A stretch of 64,000 nucleotides of DNA from a virus. The notes below the pieces were generated by a model, which made no database searches, was not told where the DNA came from, and saw only the letters and a program-made list of their open reading frames with translations. Made by a program: the position numbers and the translations under genes. The DNA lies in IMG/VR virus record IMGVR_UViG_3300027839_000001, positions 22,404-86,403 of that record; one strand, 5' to 3'. Positions 10,867 to 20,800 of the stretch are shown here, in pieces. Numbering within the stretch: position 1 is the stretch's first letter; each line of letters opens with the position of its first letter.

Positions 10867-12135
10867 ATGGCAGGAAAAAGCCACCTCCGCAATCTGCGAA
10901 GAGACGCGGAAAAGAATTTTCAAGGAGGCGGTGAGAATATCACAGCCTCCCCTATCAACTCAGCAAGCCCTACCCAGATGGTAGCTGAAGCCAAGCGCGG
11001 TGAGCGAGAGTTCGCTAGCATCCCATGGATGCTTCCAGAGAATGCTCGCATGCTTGACCGTGAGTACGCAAGCTACCGAGATGAGCGATTCGACCTGACG
11101 AATCAGGACGACTTGCGAGAATACCGAGCGTTGATGGTTGCCGCTGCTACGAATGCAGAAGCTGCACGAGACTTCGCTGCTTATCGAAACTTCGAGATCT
11201 CCGCCGACGTAATGGCTACGCCATGGTCGATGGGAGCCTTCCAAATGGTGGATCTCTCGGCAGACGAACTGCCAATGATCACTCGACCGCAAAGCCGGAA
11301 CTTGAATGAGTTCACGGTTCGCAATGTCGGTGTTGATGGCGGTAGTCGTCGAGCGCAATGGCGAACAACGAAAGCCGCGACAACTTTGGAGATGGATTAT
11401 CTCCAGACGGATCGCGTCAATTACCCTCTCGTTGACCTCCAGCAGGGCGACGTATCTCAAGCAGAAGCAGTGCGACAAACACTTGCCTATGACCTTGAGA
11501 TGCACTTGGACGCCTTGGCATTGACTAACATCGATGCCGCTGAAGTAGACAGTGGACTTCGTGACTCGCTGAACATCCACTCGTCCGTAGATACTGCAAA
11601 CATCCCAGACTTAAACCATCTGGACTTGAACGCAGTCGACGTAGCTACTGAACTTTCCATTGGAAAACTCAAGACGATCCTTGAGCATGTTTCCAAGTTC
11701 GGTGCAGCCGGTGGTGCTGATGAGCCAATTAGCATCCAGACGATCATGATCTCGCCGCAGAACATTCGTGACCCATGGGATTTCATTGACCTCGTCAGTG
11801 ACTTCAATGATGGCGACCGAGTGAAGCCGAAGGACACTGTCACTTCTACTACGCGTGACTCGATCTTCAGCAGTGGCATGATGACGAGCGCATGGGGACA
11901 TAACTTCTCATGGACTCCGAATGCACAGCTTGCAAAGGGCAAGATGTACGTCCTGACTAGCCAGCCTCTCGGTTGGGCTTTCACCAAATCCGCGTTTGAT
12001 AAAACGCTGGTATGGGACGAGAGCAACAGTCCTGACCATGCACAGCGCAACGAAGCAGAGATCCTTCACAAGAAGGCTATCTCGATTCACGTACCCGATG
12101 AATGGCGATACAGAGTCGTCATCGTCGATCTATAA
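10867..12135 (+). CDS. major capsid protein (HK97 fold)
   Basis: 422 aa; position; strongly biased codon usage; C-terminal VVIVDL strand typical of HK97-fold capsid proteins. Confidence 0.75.
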   Translation: MAGKSHLRNLRRDAEKNFQGGGENITASPINSASPTQMVAEAKRGEREFASIPWMLPENARMLDREYASYRDERFDLTNQDDLREYRALMVAAATNAEAARDFAAYRNFEISADVMATPWSMGAFQMVDLSADELPMITRPQSRNLNEFTVRNVGVDGGSRRAQWRTTKAATTLEMDYLQTDRVNYPLVDLQQGDVSQAEAVRQTLAYDLEMHLDALALTNIDAAEVDSGLRDSLNIHSSVDTANIPDLNHLDLNAVDVATELSIGKLKTILEHVSKFGAAGGADEPISIQTIMISPQNIRDPWDFIDLVSDFNDGDRVKPKDTVTSTTRDSIFSSGMMTSAWGHNFSWTPNAQLAKGKMYVLTSQPLGWAFTKSAFDKTLVWDESNSPDHAQRNEAEILHKKAISIHVPDEWRYRVVIVDL

Positions 12136-12154
12136 AGCATCGTTCGTTGGGTCG

Positions 12155-12253
12155 TGGAAGGGGGAAGATCGCAGTCTGGGATTTTCAAAGTGAAAAATAG
12201 CTTCGGCGAAAAGTAACACGAATTTCTATTCAGTCTCTCCCCCTTCCATTTTT
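12155..12253 (+). terminator. long-range stem plus U-tract downstream of major capsid gene
   Basis: TGGAAGGGGGA (12155-12165) pairs with TCCCCCTTCCA (12238-12248), followed by TTTTT. Confidence 0.4.
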
Positions 12254-12272
12254 AACACCAGAAAGCACTCAC

Positions 12273-12524
12273 ATGAAACTGCCAGTAGCTATTCCAAAAG
12301 ACTTACTCGCAGAGCTTCAGTCTCAGCGAGGCGAAGCAAACTCAGAGCGAATCGAAATGTTCGACAAGACCTGGGAATGCGGTACTCTAGTTTTTGAGAA
12401 AGTGATAGCCGGTCTTTCCAGTGGAAACTATGTCGGCCACATGGTCTTCAGGGTAGCCACTGGCGGTGAGTCGCTTAATCAGAATTTTGATTTACTTGAG
12501 ATATTCACCACCAATACGGAGTAA
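12273..12524 (+). CDS. hypothetical protein
   Basis: 83-aa ORF in the structural operon. Confidence 0.6.
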   Translation: MKLPVAIPKDLLAELQSQRGEANSERIEMFDKTWECGTLVFEKVIAGLSSGNYVGHMVFRVATGGESLNQNFDLLEIFTTNTE

Positions 12525-12527
12525 GCC

Positions 12528-12920
12528 ATGAGCTTTACGCATACAGTAACAAAGTCCGTTATTACTGCCAGTGGAGTCGTCTCTGACGTATCCGCACAGT
12601 ACACCGGATCTGGAACGATTGAGATTGACGAGGTGGTTGCAGATGCTGCCACGGACTTCGAGGTCGTCGCAGCAATCGACGTATCCGCAGTTCAGTCTTT
12701 CATTGTGATTTCCGACAAGGCAGTTACATTGGAAACCAACAGCGGAAGCGTACCTGATGACACGCTGGTTCTCGTTGCCAACAAGGCATACCAATGGGAC
12801 ACCGGCAGCTACAACACGTTCTTGCTGGTATCCGCAGACATCACATCGATCTTCTTCACGAACGCCTCTGGTTCTGATGCAAACATCAAGATCCGATGCG
12901 TCCTTGATACAACGCCTTAA
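12528..12920 (+). CDS. virion structural protein (beta-rich)
   Basis: 130 aa, Thr/Ser/Val-rich; GGAG RBS. Confidence 0.6.
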   Translation: MSFTHTVTKSVITASGVVSDVSAQYTGSGTIEIDEVVADAATDFEVVAAIDVSAVQSFIVISDKAVTLETNSGSVPDDTLVLVANKAYQWDTGSYNTFLLVSADITSIFFTNASGSDANIKIRCVLDTTP

Positions 12921-12940
12921 TAACAAGGCAGGATTGAGCA

Positions 12941-13396
12941 ATGGCAGCTACAACCTTTTCAAATCTGTATGGTTATATACGAGCGGTCTTAGGGGACTTA
13001 GATGCCCAGAAGATTATGTACTCTAATGATTTCCTACGGTCCATGTTAAGACTTGAGCTGATGACGCTCTGCGACGAGGCGATAGCTGAGGAAGTAGACT
13101 CAGATCCAGAAGCTTTCACTAAGGAGCTTACGGCGGTACAGCAGGCACTTGTTATATACAGTGTAGCAAGGTCCGTGGTATCGCCAAAGGATAACTTCTT
13201 CCACTACAAGACGCCAGTACTTACCATAACGCGAAAGGGCGGCGCTCTTAACTTGATCGCTCACCTTGACAATCAGATAACCAGACTTTGTGGCGGTGCA
13301 TTCCCTATTGGAATGGAAACAGATCTTGAAGCTTACATAGCCCGCGAGAACAGATACTACGACGAGCTATGTTCAGCAATCGCAGAAAGCCCATGA
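12941..13396 (+). CDS. putative head-tail adaptor
   Basis: 151-aa helical ORF in the neck position. Confidence 0.5.
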   Translation: MAATTFSNLYGYIRAVLGDLDAQKIMYSNDFLRSMLRLELMTLCDEAIAEEVDSDPEAFTKELTAVQQALVIYSVARSVVSPKDNFFHYKTPVLTITRKGGALNLIAHLDNQITRLCGGAFPIGMETDLEAYIARENRYYDELCSAIAESP

Positions 13397-13656
13397 CCAA
13401 ACACCCAGCATCAGAAGTACTTGATACGCAAGCCCGAGCCATAGATAGGGTCATCAAGGGCATGCAGATACAGGTCCTTCAAAATGCTGATCAAGTGGAA
13501 ATTTTAATCAATGAAATACTTGCGAAGTTTCCAGTGGAAAAAGGTAAGGCCGGGGAGATGAAGGTTCTCATAGAGCATCTAATCAAAATCCCAGTAAGGC
13601 GAAACGTCGGACTACTGAAAAACATACGCAAGACCATTGATCATATTAACAAATAA
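13393..13656 (+). CDS. hypothetical protein
   Basis: ATGA overlap with the upstream gene. Confidence 0.6.
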   Translation: MTKHPASEVLDTQARAIDRVIKGMQIQVLQNADQVEILINEILAKFPVEKGKAGEMKVLIEHLIKIPVRRNVGLLKNIRKTIDHINK

Positions 13657-13671
13657 GAAAGGTATTAAGTC

Positions 13672-14361
13672 ATGGCAGAAATCAATTTAACCTATGGCGC
13701 AAAGACAAAGACAGGCAATGAAGCCTGGATTTACTACAGCCTCCAAGTAGGTATCATCAAGGAAGTTCGGACACTCACAGACGCTGGTGTCCAGGCATTC
13801 GATATGACGAACACAGGCTGCGGCAACCCGATCTGCCCAGACCCTTCGTTCGATGCGTCAGTAATCGAGATTCCAAACACGGGATCGATGGGTAACATTC
13901 CCCAGCAAGCACCAGTTGGATTCGCCTCGGAAGAGGTAGCAGACCCAACTACAATCGGTGACAGCGTATCGATTGCGTGCCTGCCAAACCCAGCGGAAGA
14001 TGAATTGATCTGTTACGATCAAGGATTCTCGGCAAGCCCAGGATTATCGTACCGGCCAATCGCACGAAAGTTCCAGACCGTCGACCATTACGTTCGCCAG
14101 CGATCTGAGAACACACTGTCAATGAACGACCTGTTCGTCAGTAATCGTGATGGACTCCAGAGAATTCAGGGCCGTCCGGTCACGATCATTGTAAAGATCT
14201 CTCCTGATGGCACCGGCCAGTTCAGTGAGATCCAGTACTACTGTAATGTGATCCTGAATCCTCAGCCGATGAACAGCGGCGGCGATGGAAACGCGAGCAT
14301 CGACGTATCTCTCGAAGGCACGTTCGACTTCTTCGCAGTCTTCTCCGCAGCCAAGCCTTAG
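13672..14361 (+). CDS. putative major tail tube protein
   Basis: 229 aa, beta-rich, codon bias like the capsid gene, followed by a strong terminator. Confidence 0.55.
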   Translation: MAEINLTYGAKTKTGNEAWIYYSLQVGIIKEVRTLTDAGVQAFDMTNTGCGNPICPDPSFDASVIEIPNTGSMGNIPQQAPVGFASEEVADPTTIGDSVSIACLPNPAEDELICYDQGFSASPGLSYRPIARKFQTVDHYVRQRSENTLSMNDLFVSNRDGLQRIQGRPVTIIVKISPDGTGQFSEIQYYCNVILNPQPMNSGGDGNASIDVSLEGTFDFFAVFSAAKP

Positions 14362-14402
14362 TTTCCACTGTAAACTAATACTGTGCAAGCCTGCTGCAAC
14401 CC

Positions 14403-14440
14403 GGCGATGACTACTTCAGGTAGTCATCGCCTTTTTCTTT
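14403..14440 (+). terminator. Rho-independent terminator
   Basis: Perfect 12-bp stem GGCGATGACTAC-TTCAG-GTAGTCATCGCC then TTTTTCTTT. Confidence 0.9.
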
Positions 14441-14450
14441 GGAGAATCAA

Positions 14451-14948
14451 ATGGTACGAATGTTAAACCCAGTTTGGGTAGGACTAGACGCTGAAGTAGG
14501 AGTCTTTCTTGAGGACGATGACGGCGTAGCGACCGGCCTGTCCAACCAGAGCTACTGGAACCACAGAGAGTACGGGTATGATCAGCCGCTATTTGAGTAC
14601 TGCTACTGGCAGGACATAAAGGTGGATGCAGTACTGGAAGCAGAGCGAAGGCAGGTCCCAGGTCTTGCAAGCAAGAAGATAACAACCAGAAGCCACACAT
14701 ATGAAATAAAGGTCCAGTCATGGTACTTCAAACAGTCGGTAGAGTTTGACGTAAACGATTTTCAGAGCAGGGAAACCAGGCTAACAATAGTGCTTGCTAA
14801 CTACAGCCCATACAAGGCCAAGGAGGAGCAGATTTTCCTGAGGGGTTGCATCATCAAGGGTGTCAATCTCAACGTAAAAGAAGGCAACCCCGTACAAGAA
14901 GCTCAGGCTTCATTTTGGGCTGAGTCATTTTGGGCTGAGTCATTCTAG
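14451..14948 (+). CDS. tail-tube-like protein (second copy)
   Basis: GGAG RBS before ATG 14451; C-terminus EQIFLRGCIIKGVNL..EAQASF resembles tube-fold proteins. Confidence 0.4.
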   Translation: MVRMLNPVWVGLDAEVGVFLEDDDGVATGLSNQSYWNHREYGYDQPLFEYCYWQDIKVDAVLEAERRQVPGLASKKITTRSHTYEIKVQSWYFKQSVEFDVNDFQSRETRLTIVLANYSPYKAKEEQIFLRGCIIKGVNLNVKEGNPVQEAQASFWAESFWAESF

Positions 14949-15011
14949 TGGACGATATAGTATTAACGAGAACATGACCAAACCCTTAACGAACATGACC
15001 AGGAGAAAAAG

Positions 15012-16073
15012 ATGACGAACCTGAGAGCACTAGGTAAATCCGACGAGCCAGGCGAGGACCCGCAGGACCCGCAGGACCCGCAGGACCCGCAGTTGGCTAA
15101 CGAAGCTATCGAAGAGAAAGACCAGTTTACGTACCGCACTCTGAACGTAGGCGGGACAGAGAAGAGATTCAAGTTTCTAGTTGTTGACTCAGCCAAGAAA
15201 TGGCATGAAGCAAATTCCTTAAGTTCCGTATTTGAACTCAAGCAGCCAGGGTCGGATCAGGGGATAAAGATTCCATTCAGCGGGATCTCAATGAAACAAT
15301 GGGAGGAAGTCGAGGTAAAGTACCCGATCCCGGAGTGGACTAGCGAGGAAGAAAAGAAAACACAATCATTCATGGACCGAGAGAAGCTCGCGACCGACAA
15401 CAAGATGATAGCCTTGTTTGAAATTTCCAGTGGAAAGGAGATACCCGGCTCGAACATGGAAGAGAAGCGATCCTTCGTCGAACTGAGAAGTCCAGGCGAT
15501 TCAGATGCATTATTCCTTTACGTAACGGAAGTAATGTGCAACCTTACTAGCGGTCGAATCATGGACGACTGGAACCTATATTCTTCCCTTTCTGAAACTA
15601 CTCTTGAAGTAACTGAATTGTCAGGATGGGACGACTGGAAGCCAGCATCAGAGACAAAGCATTTCTTCAGGTTCCAACGGCCATTTCAAGATTACATAGT
15701 TGAGATACCGATGACATCGATAAGCTCAGCAGACAAGGCCATGATTGAAAGCACATGCTCAACGCCAGAGCCACCAAACGGACCCAAGAAATTTCCTAAT
15801 GGCAAGTTTGACATGAGCGGCATGGAGCCGAACTACAATGATCCTTCATGGCAACAAGCGGCACGGTCGGTAGCGCAGAAGAGAGCAGTCAAACTGTTTG
15901 AAGCATGCCTTCCTTTCGAGATACCAGGGGATACAGACAAAGACAAGTACAACTGGATTGCACTCAGGATGCCTGGTGATGTATCTAATACCAGAAGATT
16001 CATCGAAGAGGAAGTTGCGGGGTACAAATCCCGATACGATTTTTTTACTCTAAGCTCAGGCCAGACGAGCTAG
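15012..16073 (+). CDS. tail assembly chaperone (gpG-like) with internally duplicated domain
   Basis: Two similar halves (IKIPFSGIS..FEISSGKEIPG..RSPGD / VEIPMTSIS..FEACLPFEIPG..RMPGD); slippery T TTT TTT near the 3' end. Confidence 0.7.
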   Translation: MTNLRALGKSDEPGEDPQDPQDPQDPQLANEAIEEKDQFTYRTLNVGGTEKRFKFLVVDSAKKWHEANSLSSVFELKQPGSDQGIKIPFSGISMKQWEEVEVKYPIPEWTSEEEKKTQSFMDREKLATDNKMIALFEISSGKEIPGSNMEEKRSFVELRSPGDSDALFLYVTEVMCNLTSGRIMDDWNLYSSLSETTLEVTELSGWDDWKPASETKHFFRFQRPFQDYIVEIPMTSISSADKAMIESTCSTPEPPNGPKKFPNGKFDMSGMEPNYNDPSWQQAARSVAQKRAVKLFEACLPFEIPGDTDKDKYNWIALRMPGDVSNTRRFIEEEVAGYKSRYDFFTLSSGQTS

Positions 16074-16291
16074 AGGGATACATATACCACACTCCGAAGG
16101 ACCCTGTCGAACAAGTAATGATAAGCCTTGACTTAGTTAAGGGCAGGGTTGCTAAACACTGGGGCTTGATGCCCTGGGAGTTTAGAGAGCTTGAGAGAGA
16201 AAAGGCCGCTGAGTTGCATGCTATCTATCAGGTAGAGCAAGAGATAGAAGCGTACTACAATAGTGAGCAATCAAAGCGTCTCGATAAATAG
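16040..16291 (+). CDS. -1 frameshift extension (gpT-like part) of tail assembly chaperone
   Basis: T16040-T16046 heptamer; the -1 frame reads YSKLRPDE...WGLMPWEFRELE...KRLDK* and fills the gap to the next gene. Confidence 0.75.
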   Translation, partial: FFYSKLRPDELEGYIYHTPKDPVEQVMISLDLVKGRVAKHWGLMPWEFRELEREKAAELHAIYQVEQEIEAYYNSEQSKRLDK

Positions 16292-16307
16292 GGAGTTTCC
16301 ACTGTAA

Positions 16308-16784
16308 ATGTCTCACACGCAATTCCTGACATCACAAGAGATCACACTCTTGCAGGCAGATTACGATGAGCTACTTGATAGCCCAGAGGCTTCCAGTATC
16401 ACGATAGAATACTACGCCTTTGAGCCACTAGAAGCTGACGACATTGACGATGTGTATGGCACTAACGACAGGGGTAGACGGCCTGTCATCAGTGTATCCA
16501 TCTGCGGAATACACCAGATAGTAACTGACAGGAATCTTGCCTTGCTGTCCTTTGGCATCTTTGAGGTAGGTGATTCAATCTTCTACATCAGAAGAGACAT
16601 CGATCTCCAAGAGGCCCAGGACGGATTTGTTGCAGTTCCAGAGAGCGTCATCTTCATAGACCCAGGTGGGGTACGGTGGGAGCCTGACCTACAGAACCTC
16701 GGTGCAGCGCAGGACCTACTGAAGGCACGCATCGGTGGAATTCAGATCTGCCAAGCAGTACCATGTCACCTTGAGAAGAGATAG
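16308..16784 (+). CDS. putative head closure/stopper protein
   Basis: 158-aa beta-rich ORF; GGGAG RBS; the palindrome ends on the A of ATG. Confidence 0.5.
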   Translation: MSHTQFLTSQEITLLQADYDELLDSPEASSITIEYYAFEPLEADDIDDVYGTNDRGRRPVISVSICGIHQIVTDRNLALLSFGIFEVGDSIFYIRRDIDLQEAQDGFVAVPESVIFIDPGGVRWEPDLQNLGAAQDLLKARIGGIQICQAVPCHLEKR

Positions 16785-16786
16785 CC

Positions 16787-17320
16787 ATGGCAAAGGGACC
16801 AGCCAAGACAACGATAGGGGTCAAGATTGATAAGTCCAAGGGCAATCTGCTCAGGGGCGTTGAGTGGCTGGAGTATCTCACGACTCCCGAATACAAAGAA
16901 GATGTCAGGGAGACAATGAGAACCAAGGGTAGGCTCACTGAGATTGAGATGGGCGCAAGGAAGGTGATAGAAGAAGAGATCTACAACAAGTACAAAGGAT
17001 ATCAGGGCGAGGGCAACATAGCTGACTCAATGACGGCAGTTGAAGATGACAGGAAAACAGGAACTACCGTACTGTATTCAGACCCCTCTGTCGCTGAAGC
17101 AAAGTTAGGGCCTCAGTTTTCATATGCCGCATTCTTTGAGAAGCCAATTGAATTTAACTCATTCATTGGTGACGAGGATGAAGGTCTGTCAAAGAAAAGA
17201 TACAGGCCATTCTTCGACCAGCTAACAGAGATGTTCATGAAGATGACAGAGAAGCATGCCATGCAGGCTCACAGGATAAACATTTCAAAGCGAATGCCTA
17301 AGACTACAAAGAGAGGCTAG
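16787..17320 (+). CDS. putative tail completion/neck protein
   Basis: Basic 177 aa with SYAAFFE and RYRPFF motifs reminiscent of HK97 gp10-like proteins. Confidence 0.45.
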   Translation: MAKGPAKTTIGVKIDKSKGNLLRGVEWLEYLTTPEYKEDVRETMRTKGRLTEIEMGARKVIEEEIYNKYKGYQGEGNIADSMTAVEDDRKTGTTVLYSDPSVAEAKLGPQFSYAAFFEKPIEFNSFIGDEDEGLSKKRYRPFFDQLTEMFMKMTEKHAMQAHRINISKRMPKTTKRG

Positions 17321-17321
17321 T

Positions 17322-17849
17322 ATGCCGAACGACTTCTTTAATATGCAAGAGTCACTTAACAGGTCAATACACGCTGTTCTTGCCTACTACTTCACGGGTG
17401 GTAATACAAGAGACATAAACTCAGTGGCAGTGGACTTCACAGACTGTGACATAGTTCACGACATCAGGCGATTGCAGAACGACACTAGCGACAAGCCAAT
17501 GATAGCGATAGTTGGATCTAGAATCTCTTCTCACGAAAGAGTGAAGTGCAACGTCGGTGCGAAGGTGGGATTCGAGATAAGGGTTTCCACTGTAAAGTCC
17601 GTGTTCGTAAAGGTAAATCACACTGAGGATTTTACTGGAAGATCAGGCAAGAGATTGGCAGACAGGGTCTATGACCAGCTATCGCTAGTCTTCTCTACGC
17701 AGATAGCAAGGATAGCGCAGCATGACATATTCATCCCAATGCTGTCTCCAATACCAGCAGAAGTCCCGTCAGAGCAAGAAGCTATACTAAGAGGATCTCT
17801 GACATTCGATGCCAGATTCCTGCACACCATGGATGAAGTAACAGTATAA
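17322..17849 (+). CDS. putative tail terminator protein
   Basis: 175 aa immediately before the tape measure gene. Confidence 0.45.
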   Translation: MPNDFFNMQESLNRSIHAVLAYYFTGGNTRDINSVAVDFTDCDIVHDIRRLQNDTSDKPMIAIVGSRISSHERVKCNVGAKVGFEIRVSTVKSVFVKVNHTEDFTGRSGKRLADRVYDQLSLVFSTQIARIAQHDIFIPMLSPIPAEVPSEQEAILRGSLTFDARFLHTMDEVTV

Positions 17850-17868
17850 TCTTTCCACTGGAAATATC

Positions 17869-20800
17869 ATGGCTGAAGAACTTAGGTCAAATATACTTAT
17901 AGCTGGAAGAACTACCGGAAACCTAGAAGGTTTCAGGAAGATACATACCAGCCTTGACAGCATCAAGACAAAGCTTGAGGTGCTGTCTGGCAAAGAGTAC
18001 GAGATTAATCTCAGGATCAAGGGGATCGATGAGATCAAGAAGGAGCTTGCTGGACTAGGGGCGCTCGTAGACAACAAGACCGCCAAGCAGAGAGCAAGGA
18101 CCACCGCAGCAAAAGCTTCGCAGCAGGAGGGCTTACGTAGACCGGCGGGTGTCATCGGTGCCTCAGCAAAGAAAGTCGATGTCGTATCAGGCAAGGAGGG
18201 TCCTGAACTCACACACACCAGTACTGACATAATCAACCTACGCAATGTTGAAAAGATCAGAACCATAACCGAGAAGGTAATTGACGGAAAGAAGCAGATA
18301 GTAAAAATAACTGCTGAAGAGAACAACCTCACAGATCGTGCAGTACAGCTAGAGAAGAAGAGAAGCATACAGGCAGAGGAGACAAGGAAGGCGAGATCCG
18401 CAACCACTGCGAGCTTACGCCGAATGGGTGACAACGCCAGGCAGATGGGGTTCACTGCTGGAACAAAGACAACCACTGTTGACGCTAACACAGGGCAGTC
18501 AGGTACATCACAGAAGTTCTGGAAGACCTCCAGGGATGCCGCCGGAAGGCTAAAGGCCGAGATCCTTGAGGTAAACACAGCCACAAATAAGTACAAGAAA
18601 TCAGTAGCGGAAGGAACTGAAGCAGTAAGGTATCTAGACGGGGCACAAGCCAGGGTTCACAAGGCAGAGGTCAGTAGGATAAATAAGATCCTTGGATTAA
18701 TGGACAGGAAGGAAGCCAAGGTAAGGGCGGCATCAGCCAAAGCCCTGTCGACCGCAGATCTCAAGGCAAGGGGTCGGAGTGCAATAGAGAGTGGATTCAC
18801 GGCAGAGCCAGCCAAGACTACAACAGACACGTTGACTGGGAATGTAGGCGAGTCCCAGAGATTCTTCAAGTCACGAAGGGTTGGGCTTGCAGCCTGGGAA
18901 GTCGACATACAAAAGATAAACACGGCAACCAATAAGTTTACAACGGAAACTTTACACGGTGCAGCAGCAGCTAAGTTCATGGGTGACTCAATGGCTTCTG
19001 CGGCTGCCAAGGTAGCCCTGTGGACAATTGCGACCACTGCTGTATTCGGTATGTTCAGGCTGATCAGGCAAGCCGCCGACGACATGAAGGAACTTGAGTC
19101 CAACACTGTTTTCCTTGCTCGCGTAGGTAAGAACCTCGGCTCGACGTGGGACGAGCAGATAGCCGGTGCTAGGACGTTAACGCAGGACATTATAAAAATG
19201 TCGGCAGCGATTGGCGGAAACGCAACGGAAGCACAGAGGTCCGCTGCCGTCTTCCTTCGTGCAGGCCAGACAAGAAGCCAGACACTTGAGTCGGTAAAGG
19301 CTTCACTCTTGGCATCCAAGATTGCTGAGATCGAAGTAGAGGATGCAGCTAACCTGCTGTCTTCAGCATACTTGCAGTTCAATATGAGTGCCAGTGACTT
19401 GCTACCAACGCTCGACTCACTGAATACACTCTCAAATACGTACAGGGTAACTACTGACGACTTGCTTCAATCTATAAGTAGGGCTGGCTCGGTCATTTCA
19501 TCGCACGGTGGAAGCCTGGAAGAACTAGCTGGCCTGACTGCGGTGGTTGCGCAGGAGACATCAAGGACTGGTGCACAGATCGGTAATGCATTCAAGACGA
19601 TCCAATCAAGAATGGATCGATTCGATGTACGAAAGAACTTCTTTGATAAGCTCGGAGTTTCCGCTGTAAAGTTTGACGGTGAAGCAAAGGGTTTACTTGA
19701 CACCCTGCTTGAGATGCAGTTCGCAATGGATAGATTGACACTATCTGAAAAGAAAGAAATAGAACAACAGGCTGGCGGTATCAGACAGAAGAACATTCTT
19801 ATTGCCGCACTAAAGAATGCAGATGCAGCACTCATAGCTCACAACAGGGCCTTGACAAATGAAGCATCGTCCATGGTTGAATTCCATAGCACAACCAAGA
19901 CATTGTCCTCGGCTCTCGATAGGCTGCAAGGTTCATTCACGAGCCTGGCCTCGTCATCGTCAGGAATGATATCAACATTGGCAGCCTCAATGACTGAGAT
20001 ACTCATAGTCATCACTGAAGTCTTGAATGCAGGAGAAGGGATTCCGATTCAGATGGTAACGGTGGCCGCTGGAATCATACTCGCAAAGAATGCACTGATC
20101 CTCTTTGCTAAATCTTCATGGGCTGCATCGCTTGGCCTTGCTGGACTTCATACCTTCACTGCTAGGCTCAGGGCTGAGTACGCAAGGCTTACGATGTCTA
20201 CAGTCGCGCAAACGAGAGCGCAGATGTTTATGAATAGTACAGCAGCGGCAGGCAAGGTTGCGATGCTCGGTCTTGGCACAGCCATTGGGACAATCCTTTC
20301 ACCGACCAATCTTGCTCTCATAGCTGGTGCACTATTGATATCCCAGCTAGGAAGCATAGCTAGAGCACAGACTGCATATAAAGAAGCACTGGAAGACGAG
20401 GGGATAGCACTGGAAAAATCCCTCAGTATCCACGAGAGAAGATTCAAGGCCCTCCAAAAGACTTCTGGTCAAATAGGCTTGATTCTGAATCAGCTTGAGA
20501 CACTACAGGCTGCTGGGGAAGCCGATAAGTTTGCAGAGAAGCTTGAGACGCTCAGGAAATTAGCAGGTAGCGTCAATGTAAAAATAGAAGGAGAAGATCT
20601 TGAGGCAGTTGCACTTGAGGCACAGAACAAACTCCTTGAAGAACAGTTGACCCAGAAGAAAAAGATGGACAAGGCCAATCAGGTCTTACTTAAGCAGAAA
20701 AAAATCGAGCTTGACACAGCCAAGAAAGAACAGTGGGCAAGGCAGTTCTTCCACGACAGGAGAGCGCACTCGGTAGAGAAGCTCAAGAAAGATGACCAGA

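Noticed and set aside
13672-14948. Contractile tail
   Set aside because: No sheath-sized gene or recognisable baseplate wedge genes; two tube-like ORFs alone are insufficient
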